A stretch of 64,000 nucleotides of DNA from NCBI GenBank assembly GCA_043228905.1, contig JBHGNT010000001.1, positions 15,004,001-15,068,000 on the forward strand. Direction: 5' to 3'. This document shows, in pieces, positions 38,483-52,099 of this stretch. The stretch comes from Azolla caroliniana (lineage: Eukaryota; Plantae; Polypodiophyta). Position numbers and translations under genes: made by a program. The notes beneath the pieces are model-generated. The model saw only the letters and a list, made by a program, of their open reading frames with translations. It ran no database searches and had not been told where the DNA came from. How positions within the stretch are numbered: position 1 is the first letter of the stretch; each line of letters begins with the position of its first letter.

Positions 38483-40240
38483 TGTCATGATGTTTCTAAC
38501 ACATAGTGTGAAACCACCCTCAAAAAGAAGTAAAATAGTAGTTCAAATAAACTAGTATTGTGAAGTCAAGTTTATTGGTAGAAAAAATACTTTTTCATTT
38601 TCCAAAGATAATTCCTTATAAATAAATGGTCAAAGGATTGAACCTTACAATAAATAATGATGAATATTAAGTTCGAGGCGGTTTTCAAAAATAGAGAAAA
38701 GTAGAGAAAAAGATGGAGAGAAAAAAGAAAGCACGCGTGGATATGAGGAGCACAATAGAGAAAAAAGATCATAATTTCCTCGTCAGATGTTCAAATTAGA
38801 AAAGAAAAGATGCATAAGGAAGCTAACCCAAAGAGGTTTCCAAGAATATCTTGCATGTGAAATTTGGGGCTAGAAAACAGAAATAGTGAGGAATAGAAAA
38901 GTTGACTCATATAGACAAGTGTTTTTTTAGGGGAAAAAGGCAAGCAATCCTAAACCTATAAATAAGAGCCTATTCTAGTAAAGAAGGAGGGGAGGGAGAA
39001 GGAACGCGGAAGCTTTACTCAATTGGAAAGTGGAAGAAGAAGGATCATCAACATTGAGAGGCATCATCAACAAAGAAATTCCTTCTATACTCCACTGACT
39101 TCTTTCCTCCCCCTCGCTTCCCCCATTCATTTATAAAACAATCCTTCATATTTGCATCCAACCCATTGTAACATGATTCTTATATTATAAAAGAATCTAT
39201 TATATTGATATAACTAATATTTTCTTTCCTCTACTTGTCTTATGTCTAAATCTTGATTGTGCTTATTTGTTTGTGTGTCTTGTGACAAGGGAGCGTTTCG
39301 GGCTTGCCCATGCACCTCTCCTTTCACAAAGGCATTCAAACCTACATGTCTTATACGTTATCGTCATTTGTGCTTATTTGCTTGTGTGTCTTGTGACAAG
39401 GCAGCGTTTCGGGCTTGCCCATGCACCTCTCCTTCCACAAAGGCATTCAAACTTACGTGTCTTGCGTGTTTGTGTAAATCTTGCTTGTGTGTTCGTGCGA
39501 CTTGTGGCAAGGGAGTGTTCGGGCTTGCCCAAGCACCTCTCCTTTCACAAAAGCGTTTGAAATTGTGTCTCCCGTGTGTAAACCTTGCTTGTGTCTTTGT
39601 GCGACTTGTTGCAAGGGAGCGTTCGGGCTTGCCCATGCACCTCTCCTTTCACAAAGGCATTCGAAATTGTTTCTCCCGTGTGTAAACCTTGCTTGTGTGT
39701 TCATGTGACTTGTCGCAAGAGAGTGTTCGGGCTTTGCCCATACACCTCTCCTTTCACAAAGGCGTTCGAAATTGTTTCTCCCGCGTGTAAACCTTTCTTG
39801 TGTGTTCATGCGACTTGTGACAAGGGAGCATTTGGGCTTGCCCATGCACCTCTCCTTTCACAAAGGCGTTCGAAATTGTGTCTCTCGTGTATAAACCTTT
39901 CTTGTGTGTTCGTGTGTTTTGTAACAAGGGAGTGTTCGGGCTTGCCTATGCACCTCTCTTTTCGCAAAGGCATTCGAAACTCTGTCTCTCATGTGTTTAA
40001 GTAAGTCTTTTCCTTGTGTTTCCATGTGTAAGTCTTCCTCACGTGCCTTTGTTCGCCTTGTGACTAGGGGTTGATTCAGGCTTGCCCATGCACCTCTCCT
40101 TTTCACAAACACGTTCGAATACTCGTGCCTTGTTTGTGTAAGCCTCCCTTGTTATGTACGTGTAAGCCCTATTTCCTTCCCGTCCATAACCCCGGCGGTT
40201 CCGCCTCACGATCTGCACATAGTGACGTATTTTCACGACA
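38483..40240 (+). mobile_element. Probable long solo LTR (1758 bp)
   Basis: Inverted termini TGTCATGA...TCACGACA; flanks TCGG / CCGG (probable 4-bp TSD); TATA-like CTATAAATA ~38956; no ORF. Confidence 0.65.
39257..40140. repeat. Tandem repeat, ~8 units of mostly 104-111 bp
   Basis: The core GGCTTGCCCATGCACCTCTCC recurs near 39300, 39411, 39521, 39625, 39729, 39834, 39938 and 40078. Confidence 0.92.
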
Positions 40241-40414
40241 CCGGAACTTCCATCGATCCTCTCAACGATCAACTCCCTTGATCAGAGCGCTTGACTTGAA
40301 CATCTTCGTCAGTCAACGAATCTTCATCAACACAAACATTCCCATTCGGTCGGTTCACGAACATTGATATCATGGGTCCAAAAACATTGTGTGTATGTGT
40401 TTGGTAGTTTGTTG

Positions 40415-41255
40415 CGGACTCCGTCGCCTACCTCTCCGGATTCTAACCGGCTCCAGTAATACGCTAATGCATGTTGTACTCCCGGTCTGTAGTAGATTTC
40501 AAATTCGAACTCCTGTAGAAGCAACGTCGATCGTGCTAGTTTGCCGGTTAATGATGATTTGGAGATCAAGTACAACAATGCCGAATGATCCACATGGAAT
40601 GAGAATTTCCGTCCCGGCAAGTAATGACGGTACTTCGTTACACTGTATACCATTCCGAAGGCTTCCCTTTCCATTTTCTAATAATTCCGTTCCACCTGGG
40701 AGAGCTTCTGACTGGCATAGTAAACTGGCTGATACCAATTTGGTTCGGTGAGCTGCATTAGAACACTACCAATCGCAATATCAGATGCATCCACAAACAC
40801 ATGAAATTCCTTCTACCAATCCGGGGTTGTACCACCGGTGCCTGGGACAACATTACTTTGAGAGCATGATATGCCCTATCCTCCAGTTCCGTCCATTGGA
40901 AAGATGTCCGGTGTATGGCTGCATGTAGTTGCATTGCTAGGTTGGCCAAGTGTCCAAAAACTGCCTTAAAGCTTTGGCGGTCGTCAGTGCAGGTGCTTCC
41001 ACAATGGCTTTAACTTTATCTGGATCCACCGCAATCCCGTCCTTACTAACGATATGACCTAGTAGCGTGCCGTTGGTTACCACGAATACGCATTTCGCCA
41101 GATTCAGACTTAGTTGGTAACCTCTACATCTTTCCAGGCATAACCGGAGATGATTGAGATGTTCTCCTTTCTTGCTATACACCGCAAAGTCATCTAAGAA
41201 CACCTGCATAAACGCTGGGATAAATGCTGGGATAAACTCCCCGAAAATTGTACGA
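40415..41255 (-). pseudogene. Gypsy RT-RNase H fragment
   Basis: FMQVFLDDFAVY, LLGHIVS and EREAFGMVYSVTKYRHYL motifs; homologous to gypsy-A. Confidence 0.88.
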
Positions 41256-42677
41256 CGACAAAAGAAACTGGCAAAGACACCCCAGACACAAGTACACAAA
41301 GGGAAGGGTCGCAGCATGACCGGAAAGAGAAGTGCACCAGGAGATTGTGGAGGAAGAAGCAATGTGTGGAGAGGATGCCGGCAGGATGTGCTAAGAATGC
41401 ATGGGAGATGGTTCCAAAAGAAGTGGCGTAGAGACAACCGGAACCAGAACCAGAGTTGGTTAACATAGAAAGGCCAACGTAGACAGAGAAAGAGACACAG
41501 ACACAGACCAGACATTGACTGTTAGGAAAACTGACAACGCCGGAAAGACACGGCCTGACGCACCAGACATGGATGACCGAATACACAATATTGAAACGAA
41601 ACAAGGCAACCAGACAAGCTAGACTGCACATGCATAGACAAAGACGAATGGACGGGCGAAAAGGATGCATACAGACTCGAGGGACACAACCGAAAAGCAA
41701 CCGGAACGATAGCCGGATAGTGCTCGGAAGGGCCGGAAACCTACCGGAATAGTTAGATAGTGACTAGAGCAGACGGAGTGGCTGGAGAAACGGATAGAAG
41801 ATGGAACAAAAGATTGGATAGAGGTGGCCACATACCAACGGCTAGAGTAGTGGTTGACCAGCAGCGGCCCGGTCGGACAGAGACAATGACCGGATGGAGC
41901 AGTGGTCGTACAGTGGCAACGACAGAGCGGCAGCCGCTGGATCAATTTCCGGAATGTGGAAAGACACATAATGGTTGGAGTGGCCGAACGGTGCCAAAAT
42001 GGAGGCGTCTGGACTGGACAGGCCAGACAAACGAATGGACGGAAGAAAGAATGAAGGACTGGAAAGATAGGGTCAGTCATAGACAACTAGCAGTGGCAAA
42101 AATCAACGACCGGACAGACAACCGGAGCTGCCCGAGAAGCGGTTGGACAGCAACCGGAACGGCAACCGGAATGGTCGGGCAACTGACAACCAGAACGACG
42201 ATGATGCTCAAACGACGGGCCGGACCATTGTTGTAAAATACTTAGCATAAAATACACGTACAATACGTATTCTAAGTATTCTACAAGTATTCTAACTTCT
42301 TGTTTTCCTTTCTTTTCTTTTCTTTTCTTTTCTAATTTGGACATCTGACGAGGAAATTATGATTTTTTTTCTCTATTGTGCTCCTGATATCCACGACTGC
42401 TTTTTTTTTCTCTCCATCTTTTTCTCTACTTTTCTCTACTTTTGAAAACTGCCTCTAACTTAATATTCATCATTATTTATTGTAAGGTTCAATCCTTTGA
42501 CCATTTATTTATAAGGAATTATCTTTGGAAAATGAAAAAGTATTTTTTCTACCAATAAAGTTGACATCACAATACTAGTTTATTTGAACTACTATTTTAC
42601 ATCTTTTCGAGGGTGGTTTCACACTATGTGTTAGAAACATCACGCCACCAGTCGAAGAAAGATTATGATCAAGGCAT

Positions 42678-42717
42678 GTGGGATCGATGTGCAAGGCACT
42701 CTCCCATGGGCGTGCTA
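42678..42717 (+). other. tRNA-3'-end-like motif (copy C2)
   Basis: GTGGG ATCGAT GTGC AAG GCAC TCT CCCAT GGGCGT G CTA, 5 nt before the LTR. Confidence 0.72.
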
Positions 42718-42972
42718 TATTGTGTTACCGTACGAGATGTACGGGTGATTGATAAGTGTGATAAGTGAGGGTGAAAGATGTAATCTGTTGATATGTATGT
42801 GTAATGTTATATGATTATGACTGTGAATGTAAGTGTGAGTGTGGTTGATACAAAGAGGTGTGAGTGAGTGACTAGGTGTGAATGCGACGGGGGTTTGCAC
42901 CCTTGTGTATCTACCCCTTTGTACCTATTTAACCCATTACGGGGAATGAATGACCACAAGGAACATGTCTGC

Positions 42973-43033
<61 letters not shown>

Positions 43034-45209
43034 CTTATGTTGAACCCCCTTGGGAAGGGGGTGGAGCCATTCTAGGCACCACCCCCCACCCCTCAATGCT
43101 TGTCTTGTTCTTCATGATCTCTCTCATCATTATACTCTCCATCATTTTCACTATCACACCATTACCATTCATCCTCATCCTCTACCCTATTCCTAAAACA
43201 TTCAATAGATGCCACCACATGGGAGGTGATGCACATGAAGACAACGACGTACATCTGGTGCTTCATCGAGATGAGCCTATAGAACAACTACAATGAAGAA
43301 AGTAAGGCTCATGAACTCGAGGAGAAGATCGACATCATGTTCATGAACAAAAATGCCGTTAATCAGGTTTTGGTATTCTGGAAGTTAGTGTGGCTTCGGT
43401 ACCAAGACGGCTCCAGTATGGCGGAGCACATGAATTCCTTCTAGGGGCTAATACACCAAGCCACCTCGTTGGAAGTACCTCTCGCGGATGAGGTTCTCGC
43501 ATTGCTCCTACTCGGTTTTCTCCTGGATAGTTGGGAGACGTTAGTTGTCACATTGGGCAAATGTCGAGCAAGAAGGAAAGCAGTTGTCCCTGGCAAGGGC
43601 AAGATCAAGCTTGCTAAATGAAGAAGCTCGCCGAAAGGACCGGGAGTATGGAACTGATTGGAAGGCCTTGGTTACGAAAGATGACCATAACCGGGGAAGA
43701 GACCGGTATCGGAGTCCCCAAAACTAGGACAAATCGGGGACGAGGTCAAAGTTACGGGGGAGGCCTACCTGCTTCTGCTATGGGAAGCCGGGGCACTTCC
43801 AAAAGAACTATCGGCATTTCTAGAAAGAGAAAGGAACCGACAGTGCCGATTCAAAGAAGGGTTCGAACCGGAACGGTTCAGACCTCAAAGGGTCGGATTG
43901 GAAGGGAACGTCAACAATCGCGACAAGTGAAGAAGAATTGATGCCCATTACCGAGGATAATGAGTTAAACCTTGTCGGCGACGAGACAATGTGGGTTGTC
44001 GATTCTGGAGCGTCGTTCCACCTGACACCGGACCGGAGGTGCTTCTCATCCTACATAGCTGGAGATCACGGTTGTGTTCGGATGGGGAATGAAGGGACCT
44101 GCCGAATCATCGGCATAGGAGATGTGTTGTTGACAACATCAAGTGGATGCAAGTTGTTGCTGAAAGAAGTTCGACATGTTTCGGAGGTTCAGTTGAACCT
44201 AATATCAGCCGGTTGGCTAGATGATGAAGGCTACATGGGTATCATCCAGAATGGATTCATGACATTCAGCAAAGGAAGCTTGATCTTGGATCGAGCCCGG
44301 AAGATCAACATGTTGTACCTGATGCATGCCCGGATATGCCAAGAAGAAGTGAACGTAGCATCCGACACTACCGGTGAGCTGTGGCACAAGAGACTGTGTC
44401 ATATGAGCCAGAAGGGGATGAGAAGATTTGCTAAAGCCAACCTCATTCCGGAAGTGAAAGACGTGCATCTTGAGAAGTCCATTGTTTGCTTGGCCGGCAA
44501 GCAAAACCAAACCTCCTTCCGGTCAAAACCACTGATGTGACAGAATGCAACACTGGAGCTAGTGCATACCGATGTGTGTCAAGTGGACACAAAGTCACAT
44601 GCCGGATCACAGTACTTCATGACGTTCATAGACGACCACAACCGGAAGCTGTGGGTCTCACTGTTGAAGACAAAGGATTACGTGCTATCCGTCTTCAAGG
44701 AGCTCCACGCAAGAGTGGAAAGAGAAACCGGTCGGAAGCTGAAGGCGGTTCGAGCAGATAACGGAGCAGAATACTCGGGGCAATTCGAGGAGCATTGTTA
44801 GTCGAAGGGAATCCGGCTCGAATTCACCGTGCCGAAGATGCCAGAATTGAACGGGCTGGCCGAACGGATGAAGCAGACTGTGATGGAGAGAGTCAAGAGC
44901 ATGCTGGCACATGCAAAATTACCCAAGATGTTTTGGGGTAAGGCATTGATGACGGCGACCTATGTGATAAAGAAATCACCCTTAGCACCCTTGGAAGGAG
45001 AGTCACCGTAGAAAGTATGGACCAGTAAAGATGTATCTTACCGGCAACTGAAGGTGTTCTGGTGTCTCGCCTATGTGTATGTTGCGAATGACAAGAGAGC
45101 AAAGTTGGATCCAAAGTCCAGGGCATGCGTATTCCTTGGATACGACGATGATGAGTTCGGTTACCGGGTGTGGGATTTGGTTGACAAGAAGGTGTTCGTG
45201 AGTCGGGAC

Positions 45210-48200
45210 TGTTGAAGACAAAGGTCGTCAATGCAGAAGATCAAATAGCATTCGATTCTTGTTGAGTACCTGCGTATGACAGTTTTAGAGATCGTGCACA
45301 GAGAGAGAGAGAGAGAGAGGAGGCACAAAAGACTCTTTCTATTCAATAGAAGCAATAATACAACCCAACCTTACAAAAGGGTTACAAGGTCACTATATAT
45401 AGTGACCGACTTAGGGCAACTACCATTTATGCTAATTACACAAATGGCCCAAACTTGATCTATACAAAGGGATAGTGTGAATACGTCCATTATACACTTG
45501 TATTCGACACTCCCCCGTAATGGGCGTATACATGGGTTATCTAAGATTACAGGTATAAACCTAGGTTCTCGGACATATCAGTTTTGTTCGAGTCGGCAGG
45601 GTCCGAAGGCAGAAGACCGGACTGGTCGGGTCGGAAGAGTTGAAGCCGATCATTAGGGAACTGATGTCGGTTGTCTGAAACCATCCTGCGCTGTGTCCGG
45701 CTCTAACCGGACTGGTTTGTCGTTACGCCCATCTGATGCCGAAGGGACCGAAAGCGGTCTGCCGAAAGACACTTGGTCATTCCATCTGCGACATTGTCGG
45801 TTGTGGATATTTTCTCTAGACCGATTTTCCCTGAAATGACGCAGTCCCGAACGAAGTGATATCGAACGTCGATATGCTTAGAGGCGTTGTGGTGAACCGG
45901 ATTTCTCGACAAGGCAACAGCACCTTGACTGTCGCTATAGACAACTGGAGCCGAGTCATGGTCGACTTGCCGAAACGTGTGCGCCAGCCGGCCGAGCCAC
46001 AAAGCTTCTTTTGCAGCGTCGGACGCAACTACATATTCTGCTTCGGTCGTTGAGGTCGCTGTGCACTCCTGAAGTTTCGACTTCCACGAAATTGCTCCAT
46101 TGCCAAATTTGAAACAGTATCCAGTTGTTGATTTCCGACTGTCTATACAGCCGGCGAAGTCCGAGTCGGTGTAACCGACTACGCCTGAGGTTGAGTTCGG
46201 ACCGAAAAGAATGCCGTGATCTTTTGTGCCAGCCAGATATTTGAACACATGCTTGACTGCGTTCCAATGCGATCGGCCAGGATTGTGCATAAATCTGCTA
46301 ACGACTCCTACGGCATGAGAGATATCAGGCCGTGTCACGACCATCAGGTACATAAGGGAGCCGACTGCCGGTGCATACGGTACCGACTTCATATCTTCCC
46401 CCTCCGGACCGGATGTCGGGCAGTCTCGCTGAGAGAGCCGAAGATTCATGGGGAGCGGGGTTGAAGCAGATTTGGCTGATTTCATGTTGAAGCGTTCCAA
46501 GACACGTCCGATATAGTCGGTCTGAGACAAAAAAAGATGTCGTTTATCGCGATGCCGACTAATCTTCATGCCAAGTATGTGACGTGCCGGACCGAGGTCC
46601 TTCATGGCAAACTTCAACCGCAATTGCCGAATGAGATCGGCAAGTTTGCCCGCGTGGCGTCCAGAAATTAGCATGTCGTCCACGTAAATGATGAGGAAGA
46701 TGGGTGATCCATCTTGAGCTGTGTTGGTAAAAAGACAATGGTCCTCATCGCTTTTTGAGAAGCCGATCGATTGGATGAAGTCGTCGAACTTCTTGTACCA
46801 TTGTCGCGGTGCCTGTTTGAGGCCGTATAGACTCTTCCTGAGTCAGCAGACTAGATGTTCTTGGCCAGTTGCCACGAAGCCTTTTGGCTGCTCCATATAA
46901 ATTTCCTCTTCAAGATCACCATGGAGGAAGGCTGTTTTGACATCTAGCTGAATCAGCTCCAAGTTGTCGGCTGCCACTACGCCGAGTAGAAAATGAAGGG
47001 TTGTCATTTTCACCACTGGTGAAAAAATCTCGCCGAAGTTGACGCCATATTCTTGTCGGAAGCCCTTCGCAACTAATCTGGCCTTGTACTTTGGGGTGGT
47101 CGAATCAGACGTCTCTTTTAGTCGATAAACCCACTTGCAAGGAAGAGCACGTCGATTCTTAGGTAATTCGACCAGATCCCAAGTCTTGTTTGCCCGAATG
47201 GAGTGCATTTCCGACTCCATCGCCAGATGCCAGGTGGCTGAATCGACAGATGTCGATGCTTCTTTGTAAGACGTCGGTTCGCCGACGTCGGTGAAGAAAA
47301 TTCCAGGAGAATACCTCTCCGGAGGTTGCGACAGTCTCTCGGATCGTCGGGGTATGATTGGACTGGTCGCATCGGGTATCGAGGTCGGATGGTCCGAAAG
47401 CGAATTATTCTGCTGTGCCGAGTCAGAGTTGTCCGAGTCGGTGGTGTAAGGTTCAGCTACCCGTGAAGCTGACCGTGTGTTAAGAGCGGGGCCTTCTTGA
47501 AGGGTCGGCACATCGGAAAATGTTACCCTTCGGACTTCGATCGGTTTTTCGACTGATGGATTCATAGCCGACTCGTTGAACACAACGTCCGAACTTCGAA
47601 CGATTTGTCTGCGTTCGGGGTCCCAGAGTCGGTATCCCATTTCGCCGTCTGATCCATATCCAAGGAAAATGCATTTCCTGGACCGAGGTGCAAGTTTTCG
47701 GCGATCATCTTTCGGAATAAGGGCGTACGCCTCGCATCCGAAGATCCTCAGCTTGTCGTAATTCGGCTTACTGCCGATCCATAGTTCCTGAGGAATTTGA
47801 AGTCCTAGAGGTCTGCTTGGCGACATATTGATTATGTGTACTGCCGTGAGTAGAGCCTTTGCCCAGAAGCCATCCGACAGTCCGGAGTGTTGGAGCATGG
47901 AAACTATCCGTTCTTGGATTGTCCGATTCATGCGTTCTGCAATCCCGTTTTGCTCCGGACTGTGTGGTGCCGTAAATTCACGTCGGATGCCGCGTGGTCG
48001 GCAGAATTTGACGAATTCTTCTGATTTGAACTCTCCCCCATTGTCGGTCCGAAGGCATTTCAGTTTTCGGTCAGTTTGATTTTCTACCATAGCGAGCCAA
48101 TCGGAGAAGATCGAGAAGACACGATCTTTGGTGCGAATTGGATAAGCCCACACCTTTCGAGTCGAATCGTCAATAAAACTGACGAAGTAAGAGGCACCGC

Positions 48201-50731
48201 CGAGAGACTGATGCGGCATTGGGCCACAGACGTCCGAGTGGACTAAATCGAGAGGTCTCGTTTCTCTTGGTGCTGATGTCGGGTGTGATGCGGCTGCTTG
48301 TTTGCCATACTGGCAATGTTCGCAGAATTGATGGTCCAAGAAGGAGAGTTTAGGGATGTATCCGGCTCTAGATAGGTGCGTAATGCCGGCCTTGCTGAGG
48401 TGTCCTAATCTTCTGTGCCATAGTGATGACACAGGAATATCCACCAAAAACAGGTTACCCTCTCTGAGCGTAACATGTAACGGATACAGTGAGTGTATCT
48501 TGGGTCCTCTAGCAAGCAGGAGGTTCCCCCTGTGGAGTGTCCACCCTCCCGAAGAAAAACCGGCACGAATGTCGTCTTCATCTAGTTGTCCGACTGAGAT
48601 CAATGGCCTTGAGAGCTCAGGTACATGTCGGACATTGTGAAGTACAAGTGTAGAGCCACCTGCAAGGTTGAGCTCTACTGTGCCGATTCCAATGATGTCA
48701 CAGTGTTGTGAGTTGCCGACTCGAACTGAGTCGGAGTGACGGATCGTATATTGCCGAAATTGGGATCGATGAGGAGTCACGTGAAATGACGCGCCCGAAT
48801 CTAAGAGCCATGTGCTCGATTCTTCAGTCGTGAGCAGAACTTCTGATCCGACTGGATTTTCGATTGATAGTATATTCGGGTCGTTTGGTAGCACATCAGC
48901 TGAGAAGCTGACGTAATTGATCTCCTCATGCCGGCCACTCTTCTTCTCTGATTTCTGAGACTTGTCGTTCTTGTTCTTGAGTGCGCGGCAGTCGGCTTTG
49001 ATGTGTCCGGGTTTCTTGCAATAGTTGCAGATTCGATTATCCCGTGACTGGCTCCGTCTTCGCTGATTGTTCGGCTGCCGTGAGGAATCTCTTCCTCGTA
49101 TGTTCGATCGTTCTGTCGAACCTTGTACTACATAAGCGTCGTCTGTTGAGTCTTTGGCGAAAGACTTTCTCCGAGCTGCTTCGGTCAGGATTGCGCTCGT
49201 GACTTCGGAGTATTTAACAGCCGTGGTTGACGCGTTGCACACGGTTGTGACGAAAGTTTCCCATGATGAGGGAAGGCTGCTCATGAGTATCATTGCTCTG
49301 AGTTCATCCTCGATTGCCGTCCCCTGAGATGAGATTTGGGAGCTTATGCTTTCGTACTCATTGAGATGTGCTTGAACCGAATCTGATTCTTTCATCCGCA
49401 AGTTGTAGAGGCGCCGGATCAGAAACATCTTTGTTGCAGCGACCTTCTTTTCGTAGGTGTCCGACAGTGTTTTCCACAGTTCGAATGCTGTCGTACACGA
49501 TTGCACCGTAAAGTATACCGATTCCGATAGGTGCATCCGAATCGTGGCGCGGACGATTCTGTCCAGCTTCTGCCACTCAATTGGTTTGTATCCTTCTGGA
49601 GGTTCTTCATTTTCGATGGGATCGATTTACCCCTTGACTATGAGATAGTCCTGCATTTGCTCCTTCCAGAAGTTGAAGTTCGATCCATCGAACTTTCGTA
49701 GACTCATTTCTGACGAGCCGGATGTTGATGCCATCAAATTTGGTTTCGGTTGACGAAGCTCGGTTCGGAGTTGACTACGAACCTTGTTGGAGTGCAGCCG
49801 GTTGGCTCACCCAATATCGTTCTAGTCGGATTTGAACCCGAGTCGGTTCGGCTTCGGATATATGTATTGTTGAACTTGCTCGAATTGACTCCGGTAACTT
49901 GAGGGACAGAACCGACTGGTCTTCCCGAATGTTGCCGAGTCGGAGTGAGCCCGGTTCGCTTCCGAATATATATGCCAAATACCGATTATTGAAACCGATT
50001 GTCTGGACCGATTCTGCTTCGGGTGACTGCAGCGACGAGAGAGACGGATCCAACTGATCCTCCCGAATGTCGATCAGCCGGATGAAGCACGAATTTGGGT
50101 TGTTGTCTTGAGACCGATCTGCACCGAGTGGTTACAATGAGCGGCGAGCAGCGTTTGATGACCTCTTCGGATGCCGTTTAACCGAGTGGAGCACGATCGT
50201 GTCAATGTTGCACAAGGGGATTTCACCTCGAGCGGTTACGATCACAAGGAACAGAGTACAACCGGTTGGCTTACTCCAAGCGAAGATAATCTAACGCGAT
50301 GAGATGCAAGCCTCGTTTTTCTTCTTCTTCTCTCTTCTTCGAATGACGCAAGAAACCGAATGCTGTGCAGGCTGAGACGACGGCCAACAGCGGGTTGAAG
50401 GACCGAATACTATGCAGGCTCTGATACCAAATGTTGAAGACAAAGGCCGTCAATGCGGAAGATCAAATAGCATTCGATTCTTGTTGAGTACCTGCGTATG
50501 ACAGTTTCAGAGATCGTGCACAGAGAGAGAGAGAGAGAGAGGAGGCACAAAAGACTCTTTCTATTCAATAGAAGCAATAATACAACCGAACCTTACAAAA
50601 GGGTTACAAGGTCACTATATATAGTGACCGACTTAGGGCAACCACCATTTATGCTAATTACACAAATGGCCCAAACTTGATCTATACAAAGGGACAGTGT
50701 GAATACGTCCATTATACACTTGTATTCGACA
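45210..50731 (-). mobile_element. Full-length young Ty1/copia element (copia-6, sister of copia-3)
   Basis: 300-bp LTRs 45210-45509 and 50432-50731 (6 substitutions by eye); TSD GGGAC; PBS TGGTATCAGAGC (50418-50429); PPT 45510-45516. Confidence 0.97.
45703..49734 (-). pseudogene. Copia-6 gag-pol polyprotein, one frame with two premature stops
   Basis: ATG at 49734 to the stop at 45703 in a single frame; TAA at 49627-49629 and TGA at 46843-46845; zinc knuckle, DSG protease, integrase, YVDD RT and RNase H all present. Confidence 0.93.
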
Positions 50732-51529
50732 GGGACATAGTCTTCATGGAAGATTGGACCATTGCCGATTGGGAGTCAGAGAAGAAGGTGATGAACTCCG
50801 GATCATCCAATGAAAATCGGCTTGAGGACACAAGGACTTACCCGGTTGAAAACCGGATGTTAGTCGGTAACCAGATGACACTCGACGAACCGACCGGATT
50901 TGGACAAGAAACTGAACCGACCAAAGACGAAGACAGCGGAACCAGAAAAGATCCCGAATCGGATTCGAATGAAGAACAAACGGAGGAACTGGTATTCAAA
51001 AACCAAGGACGAAGACAATGTCTCAGAGAGAGAAGAGCCCCCCAGAGATTTCCAGATGCAGAGCACGTATTGCTGACCAATGAGGGGGACTCGGAAAGCT
51101 TTGAAGAGGCAAAGAAAGACACCCACAACCGAAAGTGGTTAAGTGCCATGTAGGATGAGGTAGATTCCCTGCATGAGAACCACACATACAAACTAACGGT
51201 GTTGCCGAAAGGAAAGAGGGCACTCCGGAACAAGTGGGTGTACAAGCTGAAACCTGGAGACGCCAGAAATCCACCAAGGTACAAAGCCCGGATCGTGGTG
51301 AAGGGGTTCCAACAAGATAAAGGAGTGGATTTCGACAAGATATTCGCCCCGGTAGTAGACATGGCATCCATCCGGACGGTATTGAGCATAGCGGCAAGCA
51401 TGGACCTCGAGGTAGAGCAACTGGATGTCAAGACGACATTCCTACATGGCGATCTCGAAGAAGAGATTTATGTGCATCAACTAGAAGGATTTGAGAGGAA
51501 AGGGAAGGAGCACCTGGTATGACGGCTAA

Positions 51530-51733
51530 AAAAGAGGTTATACGGATTGAAGCAAGTCCCCCGGCAATGGTACTGGAAGTTCGACTCCTTCATGATGGAT
51601 CAAGGGTACCACAAGACGCAAGCCGATCATTGCGTGTTTGTGAAGAAATTTGACGGAGGAGATTTCTTGATATTGCTCCTGTACGTGGATGACATGTTGA
51701 TCGCTGGATGAGACCAAGTCTAGATACGAATGT
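51530..51733 (+). repeat. Left copy of the 204-bp target duplication
   Basis: Identical to 54171-54374 except for 2 substitutions. Confidence 0.95.
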
Positions 51734-52099
51734 CGTGTATTAATAGCACAGGACTACACATGGTAGCCGTGTGTGCCCACCTCTCCCTCTTTAACTAATG
51801 CTCGGGACTACATGTTGTAGCCGGCTTATATGCACAATCCTTATCACTCCCCCTCTTCTCCATGATTTCTACAAAATTGTAAAAATGCCCCTCGTCTGTT
51901 TAACTAATTGTCACTCTACCCCTCTCCCTTTTCATGTTTTCACTCAAAACCCCCCATTTCTCTCTTCTTTCTCTTTCTCTTTTAATTTTTGTTACTCTTT
52001 CTCTATCTCTACCCTTCCCATTTTCTTTTCCGATATTTTACTCTACCCTCTCTCACCTCTATTCGTATACTCTACCCTTCCCCCTTTCATTTAAAATCA

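Larger units (their letters stand above)
36467..43207. mobile_element. Rearranged Gypsy-derived composite (gypsy-C) with four LTR copies
   Basis: LTRs starting TGTTACC at 36467-36932 (+), 37005-37139 (+, truncated), 38407-37140 (-, split by a LINE) and 42723-43207 (+); a decayed TSD AATGT/GATGC restores host gag DKIDATTW. Confidence 0.7.

Noticed and set aside
39257-40140. CRISPR-like periodic array
   Set aside because: Whole units are homologous with no unique spacers, there are no cas genes, and the context is eukaryotic.
41256-42320. Purine-rich segment with several overlapping ORFs
   Set aside because: No motifs or termini recognised; left unclassified as probable TE non-coding DNA.
42340-42375. 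CTGACGA hammerhead-like core
   Set aside because: There is no stem II followed by GAAA and no stem I complement.
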